A DNA stretch of 64,000 bases from Candidatus Hydrogenedentota bacterium (GTDB lineage: Bacteria; Hydrogenedentota; Hydrogenedentia; Hydrogenedentales; SLHB01), in the NCBI GenBank assembly GCA_963668025.2, contig CAXXTH010000010.1, forward strand, positions 480,001 to 544,000, written 5' to 3'. Every line of letters starts with the position of its first letter. Within the stretch, counting starts at the first letter, position 1. Of the stretch, positions 51,019 through 60,161 are shown piece after piece. The position numbers and the translations under genes are program-made. The notes beneath the pieces were generated by a model. The model did not search any database. It was given only the letters and a program-made list of their open reading frames with translations, and was not told where the DNA came from.

Positions 51019-51249
51019 ATGTCGATGGAATATGGATACGAGCATAAGGGGCTCTACCGCTCCCGCACGGGTATGCTTTTTGGCGTGTGTAAAGGGCTGG
51101 CGGAGTATTTTGATCTATCACTGTTTTGGCTGCGGGTGATTGTGCTGGTGTTGTTTGTCAGCACGGGATTCATCCCAGCGGGTCTGGCATATATTTTAGC
51201 GGCGCTGTTGATGAAGCTTGAGCCGCGATATTCCGCCTATACGGAATAA
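51019..51249 (+). CDS. pspC: PspC-domain membrane protein
   Basis: LYRSRTGMLFGVCKGLAEYFDLSLFWLRV...AYILAALLM; RBS AGGAGG. Confidence 0.9.
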   Translation: MSMEYGYEHKGLYRSRTGMLFGVCKGLAEYFDLSLFWLRVIVLVLFVSTGFIPAGLAYILAALLMKLEPRYSAYTE

Positions 51250-51360
51250 AGGCCTCTCTCCGAGAGCGGAGCCGCACACCCTCATGGTATGTTTCCTCCC
51301 ACTCCCCCCTGGCAGCATCCATGGCGGCTCCGCTCCTTCCTTGTACTCCACTTGGCCCGT

Positions 51361-53049
51361 TCAGCGCAATTCCATAAAGCCGGGCGGCTTGGGCGGGGCG
51401 GGGCGCTGGTTGCCGTATCCGGTTTTCGCTAGGTCATACACGGGGATACGGCGGGCGCGCTCGAGCTCGAGGGCGCGGACATATGCGATGCCTTGTAAAG
51501 GCGATGCAAAGGGCGGCAGGTATTCCGCCTCCAATAAAATACGTCCGAAGGATTGTTTGAACGCACGCACAGGCTGGGCGTTCTCGGGGAGCATGGGCAG
51601 GTCATCGGGATATTCGCCAAAATGCAGACGGGTCGAATCAGCCGCCAGAAAGCGCGGCGGAGTCTCGCCTGTGGCGATTTCCATGTTCAAATCATCCGCT
51701 TCGACGCCTGCTTCCATGGCGTAGCAGGTGAGAAGCGCCGGATACACGCCGCACACCCGCGTCTCACCCTGGCTTTTAACATAGGCCAGGGCCTCGGGAT
51801 AGGCCGAACGGATGGACAAGACTTCCCGGATATTCCATAACGTGGAACACGCGCCCGCCGCAAGCAGCGCAACAAGCACTGCGCGCACGAAGGATTGCCG
51901 TTTCGCATGCGTATGCCAGGCGGCGTCCACGGCTACGGCGAATAGGCCCGCCCAGTACGGAAGCAAGAAAATATAGGGGCGCGCCGCAGGCATGCCTTTC
52001 ACGGCGATGACCCAGTAGGTGGCGAGCAGGCCCGGCAGCAGGTAGCTCCATCGACGATAGGCACCCGGCCCGCGCTGGAAAGCGCCCATTAGGCCGAGAG
52101 CCGCACTTAAGACGCCCAATCCCGCCGCCATTCCCGCCGCGCCCCATCCCTCGAAGCGCCAGAATAGGTAGGGGAAAATCACCAGGCCAGACCAATGTGA
52201 GTGAATCGAGGTGTGGAAGGTGACGCGAGGCCATTGCATCTGTAAAAAGGTGCGGTGCGGATACGTGAGCCCTTGCGAACGGAACAACAGGATGGATGGA
52301 TAGGTCGAGGCTTCCGCAACGGCCACGGCCAGCAAAAATCCAACACCCAGCGCCGTCCACCCTCCCAGGCATAGGCCAATGCACCGCCGCCAGCCGGTTT
52401 CCCGCGCGCACAGCAGCGCATGGGTGATCAACAATCCAGGCAGCACGACCGTCGCTTGATAGGAGGCCCAAAACGCCATGCCCAGGCTGAATCCGCCCGC
52501 CAGCAGCCAGCCATAACTTTTCCGCTCCTCGCTCCATCGCGCGTGGCAGGCCATGGCCATCAGGGCGAAGCAGCCAGGCAGGCATTGGGGATACGAATTG
52601 CGGGATTGATAGACATGGAAACAGGATATTGCCATGATGGCCGCCGCGATGAGCCCGGCGCGCGGCCCCGCGATGCGGCGCATCCAGAAAAAGAAGACCG
52701 CTACACTGAGCAGGCCAAAAGCAGCCTCGGTGGCGTTTCCCGCCCAGGTGGTGAAGCCGGTGAAACACATGATGCCGCCCGCGCAATAGTAGAACAACGT
52801 TTTCGGCCAGAATACGCCATAGGTTTCCAGCGTGGCCGCCATGCGCGGGACATATTCGGACAGCAGAAATTCGCGCCCGCCGAATGCTTCTCCCGCTTTT
52901 CCCATGAAAATGCCCGCCCATCCGCGCAGCTCGTGGCTCTTCGCGAGGGCGTCAAGCAGATAACGTCCTTCGTCAATGGAATACATACCGGTGTGGCGAA
53001 TGGCGTAAAAGCGCAGCGCCGCCGCCACGAGCAAAATGGCCGCGAGCAA
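51361..53049 (-). CDS. GT39/ArnT-like (PMT_2) membrane glycosyltransferase
   Basis: AAALRF...SIDEGRY, AGLIAAAIMAISCFHVYQSR; many TM helices. The start may lie slightly upstream. Confidence 0.75.
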   Translation of the reverse strand: MLAAILLVAAALRFYAIRHTGMYSIDEGRYLLDALAKSHELRGWAGIFMGKAGEAFGGREFLLSEYVPRMAATLETYGVFWPKTLFYYCAGGIMCFTGFTTWAGNATEAAFGLLSVAVFFFWMRRIAGPRAGLIAAAIMAISCFHVYQSRNSYPQCLPGCFALMAMACHARWSEERKSYGWLLAGGFSLGMAFWASYQATVVLPGLLITHALLCARETGWRRCIGLCLGGWTALGVGFLLAVAVAEASTYPSILLFRSQGLTYPHRTFLQMQWPRVTFHTSIHSHWSGLVIFPYLFWRFEGWGAAGMAAGLGVLSAALGLMGAFQRGPGAYRRWSYLLPGLLATYWVIAVKGMPAARPYIFLLPYWAGLFAVAVDAAWHTHAKRQSFVRAVLVALLAAGACSTLWNIREVLSIRSAYPEALAYVKSQGETRVCGVYPALLTCYAMEAGVEADDLNMEIATGETPPRFLAADSTRLHFGEYPDDLPMLPENAQPVRAFKQSFGRILLEAEYLPPFASPLQGIAYVRALELERARRIPVYDLAKTGYGNQRPAPPKPPGFMELR

Positions 53050-54070
53050 GCCGACATGCCGCGTGCGACTGGCCGGCGTTTGGGATGGCGCAGCTATGAT
53101 GAACCTCTTTTCGTTTTTGGTGTGCTTGTATATTCATTGTACAGCGTCTTGGCGGATGAAATATAGCTGTAGCGGTGCTCTTTCAGGGCAATCGCATTAA
53201 AAAGACCATGCTTCGGCACTTGACGCCGCCGCCCGACCTTAGCCGAAGTTCTTTCTGCAGTTTTTTGCCTCGCACTGTTCCCATTTCTTTCTCTTCGTAG
53301 TCAAGCTGGGTATGTTTTATCAGTAATATTAGTTAGATATTTATCTAATTATATGATATTTTGCGTCCATGGCTCACCGAAAGGAGAATGGACCCATGAA
53401 CGCGAATCAAAGCCTATTTTTCGTTCACTTTGGACAAATCGATGACCCTCGCCTTGAGCGCAAGAAGCGGCAGAGCCAAGGAACAGTGGCTGCGCACATT
53501 CCTCAAACTCGAAAATGGCATTCCTTCCCACGATACCTTCGGGCGCTTCTTTTCCCTGCTCAACCCCGCGGTCTTCCAGCAGTGTTTCATCAACTGGGTT
53601 CGGGCGCTCCAGCCACAGGTGGAAGGCGTTGTCGCGATTGACGGCAAGACGGCACGCCGCTCGCACGACCAAACCCAAGGCAAGAAGGCCATCCACGTGG
53701 TGAGCGCTTGGGCCACGAGCAATGGGCTGTCCTTGGGGCAGACCAAAGTGAACGATAAGTCCAACGAAATCACCGCTATCCCTGAATTGATCAAGCTCTT
53801 GGAACTGCGAGGCTGTCTGATTACCATCGACGCCATGGGCTGTCAACGGGAAATCGCCCAGACGATTGTCGACGCCGGTGCAGACTACTTGCTGGCGGTC
53901 AAGGGCAATCAGGAAACCCTTGCCGAGGATGTGGAACAGGAGTTCAAAGAGGCAATGGCCCAGGATTTCGCCCACATGGACCACCAGTATTACGAAACCC
54001 TCGAAAAGAACCACGGGCGCACGGAAAAACGCCAGTATTGGCTCACAAAGGATATTGCAGGATTAGGCCC

Positions 54071-55416
54071 CATAAGCGCTAACCTTATTTGATGTCTCCT
54101 GACGAATCTTCTATACTGGGTGCATGGAAGCAGCGTGGAATGAGAATTGGCAGTGTTTACAGCGTTTTCTCCCTGCTGGATGGGAGGACAAGGCTCGTGA
54201 ATTGGGCGCGTGGCACCGCAAGCCTCGTTCTATATCGTCGACGGAATCGCTCCTGCGCTTGCTGTTGATCCATTTGGCGGATGGGTGTTCTCTGCGTGAG
54301 GCTGTCGTTCGTGCTCGAGAAGGGAATGTGGCGTCCGTGTCGGATGTGGCACTTCTTAAGCGGTTGCGTGCTTCGGGGGAATGGCTGCGGTGGATGGCCG
54401 TAGAGATACTTCAACGTCGCGCGGGACCGTGCGTTCGGCCTGCATGGCTGGAGTATTACCGTGTTCGCGTCGTGGATGCGAGCGTTGTCTGCGAACCGGG
54501 AAGCACGGGAACGGACTGGCGCGTTCACTACAGCCTATGTTTATACGGTCTTCAATGCGATGAGTTTCATATTACCGGCCCGAAGGTTGGAGAGAGTTTC
54601 GCGCGATTCCGAGTCTCGCCTGGCGACCTATTGCTCGGAGATCGTGCTTATGGGCATCTCAAAGGTTTTCGTTATGTGCTCGGCCATAACGGGAACTTTC
54701 TGACGCGTCTTAAGAATAAAGCCTTCAGTCTTCGGAATGGCGCAGGGAACACCTGTCCACTGGCTGGATTGGTGGCGTCTCTAGAGGTAGGGGAAGTGGG
54801 TGATTGGGCCCTGATTGGCCAGGCAAAGGGGCAGGAGGAGCTGGCGCTACGGATCTGTGCGCTGCGTTTGAGCGAGGAAGCCGCCGCGCAAAGCATCCGC
54901 CGGGCGAAGAAAGAGCTAAGCAAGAAGCAACGGAGTCTGGATCCCGAAACGCTTGTGCTGCATCGCTACGTCATACTGGCCACATCCTTGCCGGATTCAA
55001 TATCGCCGCACCAGGTTATCGAGTTGTACCGGGCGCGCTGGCAGGTGGAGTTGGCCTTCAAACGGATGAAGTCGATTATGGGATTGGGACACTTGCCAAA
55101 GGAAGACGAGGAGTCGGCCAAGGCTTGGCTCCACGGCAAAATGCTTGTCTCCTGCCTTGCCCAGGCCATTGTTGATGAGGGGCGCTTTTTTTCCCCCTGG
55201 GGATATCCACTGTGACGATATCTACCGCGAGGCCTCCTTGTGGCGCGAACTCTCTTTCGCCTTGCACCTCCTTCGCCAAGCGGTCAATCCGACGCTTGGA
55301 TTATCCGAATGCATCAGCCAGTGGCGGGAAATCGCGAGAGATCTGGCAGAGCCCCCAAGGAAGCGAATGCAACAGTTGCGTGGTTTGATGGAGGCAATAT
55401 AAGGTTAGCGCTTATG
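54071..55416 (+). mobile_element. IS4-family element (1346 bp) nested in the ISAs1 transposase
   Basis: 18-bp TIRs CATAAGCGCTAACCTTAT; 11-bp TSD GGATTAGGCCC (54060-54070 and 55417-55427); removing it restores DIAGLGPLERW. Confidence 0.93.
54124..55215 (+). CDS. IS4-family DDE transposase
   Basis: VVDAS, LGDRAY and the YREK motif YRARWQVELAFKRMK. Confidence 0.92.
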   Translation: MEAAWNENWQCLQRFLPAGWEDKARELGAWHRKPRSISSTESLLRLLLIHLADGCSLREAVVRAREGNVASVSDVALLKRLRASGEWLRWMAVEILQRRAGPCVRPAWLEYYRVRVVDASVVCEPGSTGTDWRVHYSLCLYGLQCDEFHITGPKVGESFARFRVSPGDLLLGDRAYGHLKGFRYVLGHNGNFLTRLKNKAFSLRNGAGNTCPLAGLVASLEVGEVGDWALIGQAKGQEELALRICALRLSEEAAAQSIRRAKKELSKKQRSLDPETLVLHRYVILATSLPDSISPHQVIELYRARWQVELAFKRMKSIMGLGHLPKEDEESAKAWLHGKMLVSCLAQAIVDEGRFFSPWGYPL

Positions 55417-55943
55417 GGATTAGGCCCCCTCGAACGCTGGCCCCAGCTGGCTGCCATGGCCATGTGCCGGGCCACCCGCACCGTCAAAGGCGAAACCTCC
55501 ATCGAAGATCGCTTCTTCATCACCAGCAACACCCATGGCAATGTGGAGAAAATCGCCACGGCCATCCGCGCTCACTGGCAAGTGGAGAATTGCCTGCACT
55601 GGGTGCTCGACGTCGCCTTCGACGAGGACCAATGCCGTATTCGGGCCGGCTATGCCGCTGAAAACCTGGCCACCATACGCCGATTGGCATTGAACGCCCT
55701 CAAAGCCGATAAGACCACAAAGGTCGGCGTAAAGACCAAACGAAAACGAGCCGGCTGGGATACCGACTATCTCTGTAAAACCCTTATGGTAACCTGAGTT
55801 TTAATGCGATTGCCCTGCCGAAGAATGCGCGAAGAATGACAGGCGAGGGGATTTTCATCCACGGATGGCGCTGATGATCGCGGATTTCTAAAAACCGTTG
55901 TGTGGCGCTTACCGTTTGGACGGCGGTGCAGGCCCCACCCTAC

Positions 55944-57765
55944 GAGGCATTTGCGAAATAGCGTGGTTTGCGAACGCGCGGACGGTGCGGGCACACGCGG
56001 AGCGGTTTTCGCCTGTGGCAATGGGATTACGCCTCCGCTACGGGTGCAATAAATCATGCAGGAGGTTCGCGTGTAGGACCCTTGCGGCCCGAATGGGCAT
56101 GGTTTGCCCTTGATTCGGGCCATCATTGCTTGTGCGGATTCGATGTGATCTATGCGGCGCGGGGCTGTCCGAGGAGCGAGCGCATGCGTTCTGCCTGGCC
56201 GGCTTCGAGCCATCCCAGGGCCATGCCGAGCATGACGAGGAGGGCTAATCCGGTGCGGGCGCGCATCTTTTTCATACCGCGGATGTAGTGGCGCTCGAAT
56301 CCGTATGCGCCGTCGAGTCGGCTGTTGACTCGCTCGATGGCGGTGCGGTGTTTGTATTCGCGGCGCCAGGATTTGGCGCTGCGGGGCAGGGGGGTAAAGA
56401 TGCGCCGGTCGATAGCGATGGGCACGCGGACAATCCGTCCGTGTTCGGGCTGGCATCCTTGGTTGCAGAGGTCTTGCTGGGTACAGGCGCTCCCGCGTGC
56501 CTTGGCTGGGCAACGGTATTTCAAGGTTCCCCGATCTTGCTCGAATCCTTGGTAGGCCATGGAATCATAGTTGTCGCGTTCGTTTGGGGCGCCGTTACGA
56601 CACCGGCAGAGGACTTCACCTCGTTCGGTATGGAAGATCGTGTCTACCCGTTCGGGATATAAAGGGCGGGGCCGTTCCGGTTCTTCTTTCCAGGTCGCCC
56701 GGATGTCCACGATGGGCCGGATTTCATGTTCCTCGAAGAGGCCCTTGTTGTTGGCTTCGGAATCATAGCCCTTGTCGGCGCTGAGGTACTCGGCGCGTTG
56801 GACGAGTTCGGGGTGGCGCGCGTCGAGAGCCGCCACGAGGGGCAGCAGAAAGGGCGAGTCGTTGGCGCTGGCTTTCGTGACCGCGTAGCCCAGCGGCAAT
56901 TCGTATTTCGTGTCCACGATGAGGTGCAGCTTGTAGCCGAACCACCGTTTGACCTTCTCCCAGGGCGTGCCGTCCTTGTGAACGCCCTTGTAGGTTTTCG
57001 TGCCCCAGTCTGCGTCGCGGTCGCGCCGCCCGTCCGGCTCTTCGTTTTCCAGGACCGCGTCTTTGCGCGGAGGCTTGGCGTGGGTTTGGATGGCTTTCGA
57101 GTCTACGGCCAGACGCACCCCGAGATCCGGCAAGCGTTCCATCAGCCGGACGATGAGCGCGTCGAACATCCGGTCCACTTCTTTCCAGTGGCGCAGTAAT
57201 CTGGCGAAGAACCGCGTGTACACCCATTCGGGCGGGACCGCCTTGGCGCCCCGCAACACGTCGAATCCGCACAACTGGCGCAATTGCCCGTTTCGGGCTA
57301 GTTCGCGGCGCAGGCTTTCGACGCCGTCGTGCTGGAAGACGATCCCCGCCAGTATGCTGTTCCACATCGCGCGGATAGGATAATCGTCGCGCCGCCCCTT
57401 GCGTTCGGCTTCCATCGCCCGCATCAAATCTTCATCCGGCAGCGCCGCCAGCAACAGGTTCAGCCGATCCAGATCCGACGCCGCGTCGACCTGGTTCCAC
57501 GAGAACAACCCCATTTGGTGTATAATGGCCATCGCAAACGTCTCCTTGGTGTGTGCGTGGTTATGTGGTCAACTATACTACAATCACACACGGGAGACGT
57601 TACGCCTTTTCCCGCTCGCCGAGGGCATTTGGGGTGATTTTTCACAAAAAATCCTTATTCATGCCCCCGCCAAGCCCCTTTCCCCGCATTCTCCGGGGTA
57701 GGCGCCAATTCCGCCGCTTTGTAAACCCTTGTCAATACGGATTTTCTTTATTTCGCAAATGCCTC
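55944..57765 (-). mobile_element. IS1182/IS5-like element (1822 bp) inserted at the GTAG end of a REP
   Basis: Perfect 17-bp TIRs GAGGCATTTGCGAAATA; 5-bp TSD CCTAC (55939-55943 and 57766-57770). Confidence 0.9.
56150..57532 (-). CDS. DDE transposase (DUF772 + DDE_Tnp_1, IS1182/IS5-like)
   Basis: GRRDDYP, AVDSK, FGYKLHL, ADKGYD, YKHRTAIERVNSRL. Confidence 0.9.
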   Translation of the reverse strand: MAIIHQMGLFSWNQVDAASDLDRLNLLLAALPDEDLMRAMEAERKGRRDDYPIRAMWNSILAGIVFQHDGVESLRRELARNGQLRQLCGFDVLRGAKAVPPEWVYTRFFARLLRHWKEVDRMFDALIVRLMERLPDLGVRLAVDSKAIQTHAKPPRKDAVLENEEPDGRRDRDADWGTKTYKGVHKDGTPWEKVKRWFGYKLHLIVDTKYELPLGYAVTKASANDSPFLLPLVAALDARHPELVQRAEYLSADKGYDSEANNKGLFEEHEIRPIVDIRATWKEEPERPRPLYPERVDTIFHTERGEVLCRCRNGAPNERDNYDSMAYQGFEQDRGTLKYRCPAKARGSACTQQDLCNQGCQPEHGRIVRVPIAIDRRIFTPLPRSAKSWRREYKHRTAIERVNSRLDGAYGFERHYIRGMKKMRARTGLALLVMLGMALGWLEAGQAERMRSLLGQPRAA

Positions 57766-57881
57766 CCTACATGCTTCAGTGTATTTCGAAGTCGAAAAAA
57801 ACCGTGGTGAATACCCGGAAGGATTCACCACGGAGATATAAAGACCACGAGGGGGACATTCCCGCTCCACTATGCCTGCAA

Positions 57882-58346
57882 TCAAGCCTCTGACGTAACG
57901 CGGTTCTTGAGCTTGTTAAACAGTTGAAGCGACAAGATTAATAAAACCACTACGGCGATGAAGAGAAGAAAACTAATACATGTGACCCAGCACAACCCCC
58001 AATAACAAGCCGTGACAATGCAATACGCCATGGCAAGCCGCTCTCCGCAATCTCCCACATCCGGCTCGCCTTTTTCGGCAAAATAGGCTTGATATGATTT
58101 TGCAACTTTGGGAAACACAAAGAAATTCCAAACCGCACTGAAAACGGGTATAAGCAACAGCCATATGAGATTGATATCCGCCTGCCGATACCTTTCAGGT
58201 AAGCTCTTGAGATCGGCTTGCAAGAATAGAATTGCTGCAAGCGAGATGCAGGTAATTATAAGCAGCTTTATTCCCCATGCAATTAAACTAATCAAAACCG
58301 CATTAGCCGCAACCATCGCCGCAACATTCGCTCCATTCGCTTCCAT
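57882..58346 (-). CDS. Small membrane protein (DUF4328-like), lower GC
   Basis: 3-4 TM helices, IWLLLIPVFSAVWNF motif; RBS AAGGAG. Confidence 0.65.
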   Translation of the reverse strand: MEANGANVAAMVAANAVLISLIAWGIKLLIITCISLAAILFLQADLKSLPERYRQADINLIWLLLIPVFSAVWNFFVFPKVAKSYQAYFAEKGEPDVGDCGERLAMAYCIVTACYWGLCWVTCISFLLFIAVVVLLILSLQLFNKLKNRVTSEA

Positions 58347-58639
58347 GTTTCCATCTCCTTCCGTTCACCTTCCCCTGAACACTACGGCTGAGTATAGTGC
58401 TAAATGATTAGTAAGTAAACGCCTGATTCTGCGAAAGATCCCCCAAAATTCGACAAGGACACTTCTATAGACGGGTAACTCTATTCAATACCATTAGTTG
58501 CAGTTATAAACCCCCATTTCTTGGGGAAACTCCTGCTCCTGCACCAGGGGGCATGCGTCAGAAAAAGGGGAAATAGAGTATAGGAGTTTGTTTTTGGCGG
58601 GAGATGTAGTAATATATACTACATAAGGAGGATTTTCCC

Positions 58640-59020
58640 ATGAATTCAAGCACCCTGAATCCACGCCAAAACCAAATTCTCGTCGAACTGAGTCAAATCC
58701 CCATGATGAAAAAAGGTTCCGTTACGCAACAGTGCATGAAGATTCAGCATCCATCGAAAGGCGAAACCGTCCGCGGGCCATATCCGCTGCTGACGTGGAA
58801 GGAAGCGGGCCAGACGCGCAGTCTCCGCCTTAAGACCAAAGAAGAATTGGCATGGGCCGAACAAGCCATCAGCAATTACAAAAGGTTTGCCGCTTTATGC
58901 CAGGAGTATGAGCATCTCGCGGAATTGCGCGCCTTTGATGAACGCCAGATGCCTGGGAGCGCATCCCCGGAAGCGCAAAAAAAAACGCGGAAATCGCCGA
59001 GGAGCAATCCACCGAAGTAG
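58640..59020 (+). CDS. ISKra4-associated orfA (DUF6788-like small protein)
   Basis: MKKGSV...RGPYPLLTWK; RBS AAGGAGG; homologous to 63419-63799. Confidence 0.8.
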   Translation: MNSSTLNPRQNQILVELSQIPMMKKGSVTQQCMKIQHPSKGETVRGPYPLLTWKEAGQTRSLRLKTKEELAWAEQAISNYKRFAALCQEYEHLAELRAFDERQMPGSASPEAQKKTRKSPRSNPPK

Positions 59021-60161
59021 CGCGGGTGCTGGATATGGCGCTACGGCGTTCCGAGCATGATCTGGAAGCCTTGGAGAGTGCCGTGCGGGACGCGGTCCTT
59101 GCGCAAGGCGCGGCCATGCTGGGCAAGTTCATGTCCGCCGTGGACGCGGCCAAGCCCGATACGCCGCACGTGTGCCCCAAATGCCGCCGCGCCATGCACT
59201 GCAACGGACCACGCGCCAAAAAAATACTCACCTTGCTGGGCGAAGTGGAGTATTCCCGCTCCATGTATCAATGTCCCGCATGCGGCCAAACGCGCTATCC
59301 CAGCGACGAGGCCTTGGACATCCAAGGCGCTTCCCGCTCTCCCGGAGTCCGCCGCCAAACGGCCCGCCTGGGCTCCAAGGAAACCTTCCAGGAAGTGGCC
59401 GAGGATTTGCTGGAGCTGGCGGGCATACGCCTTTCACGCAAGGATGCGGAACGAATCTCCGAAAGCATCGGCTCGGACATCGAGGCGCGGGACTGCCGGG
59501 AACGGGAACGCATGCGCTTCCAGCCTCCCCCGGCCTTGGACACGCCCAAGACCATCGAGACGTTGTACATCGAGATGGACGGCACGGGTATTCCCATGGT
59601 TCCTTGGGAACTCGAAGGGCGCAAAGGCAAGCAGGAAGACGGCAAATCCAAAACTCGAGAGGTGAAGCTCGGCTGCGTGTTCACCCTAGCCACATGCGAT
59701 GAAGAAGGCCGCCCCATCCGCGATCCCGCCTCCACCACCTTTACTGGAGCCATCGAGGACGCCGCCACATTCGGGTGGCGCATGTATGGAACTGCCTTTA
59801 GACGAGGCCTATTCAACGCCAAGCGCGTGGTGGTGCTCGCAGATGGAGCCGAATGGATCAAAAACCTCGCCGACACCCATTTCCCGATGGCCCTGCGCAT
59901 CGTGGACTTCTATCACGCCAAAGAACACGTGGCCAACTTATGCAAGGCCCTCTTCCGAAAACCGGAAGACATCGGACGCCACCGTGAAGCCTGGTGGGAC
60001 TGGCTTGCCCAAGGCCGCATCGAAGCCATCCTCGAAAACGCCGCCCTGTATCTCCCCCGAGATACTGATGCCGCCAAAGACGCCCAAAGAGAACTGAACT
60101 ACCTCGATAAAAACAAAGAACACCTGCGCTACCAAAAATTCCGGGAACAAGGACTATTCAT

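Larger units (their letters stand above)
53397..55797 (+). pseudogene. ISAs1 transposase pseudogene (pieces 53397-53475, ~53473-54070 and 55428-55797)
   Basis: DDPRLERKKR, GIPSHDTFGR, AIDGK, NEITAIP, IDAMGCQ, VKGNQ, HGRTEKR, RAHWQVENCLHWVLDVAFDED. Confidence 0.9.
53184..55817 (+). mobile_element. ISAs1-family insertion sequence, inactivated by an internal deletion and a nested IS4
   Basis: Perfect 19-bp TIRs CAGGGCAATCGCATTAAAA (53184) / TTTTAATGCGATTGCCCTG (ending 55817); no target duplication seen. Confidence 0.9.

Noticed and set aside
51264-51335. 12-bp inverted repeat GAGCGGAGCCGC/GCGGCTCCGCTC between convergent genes
   Set aside because: Single occurrence with a long loop and no U-tract; cannot be assigned as a terminator or repeat family.
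53170-55830. Target-site duplication for the ISAs1 element
   Set aside because: The flanks (GTGCTCTTT versus CCGAAGAAT) do not match.
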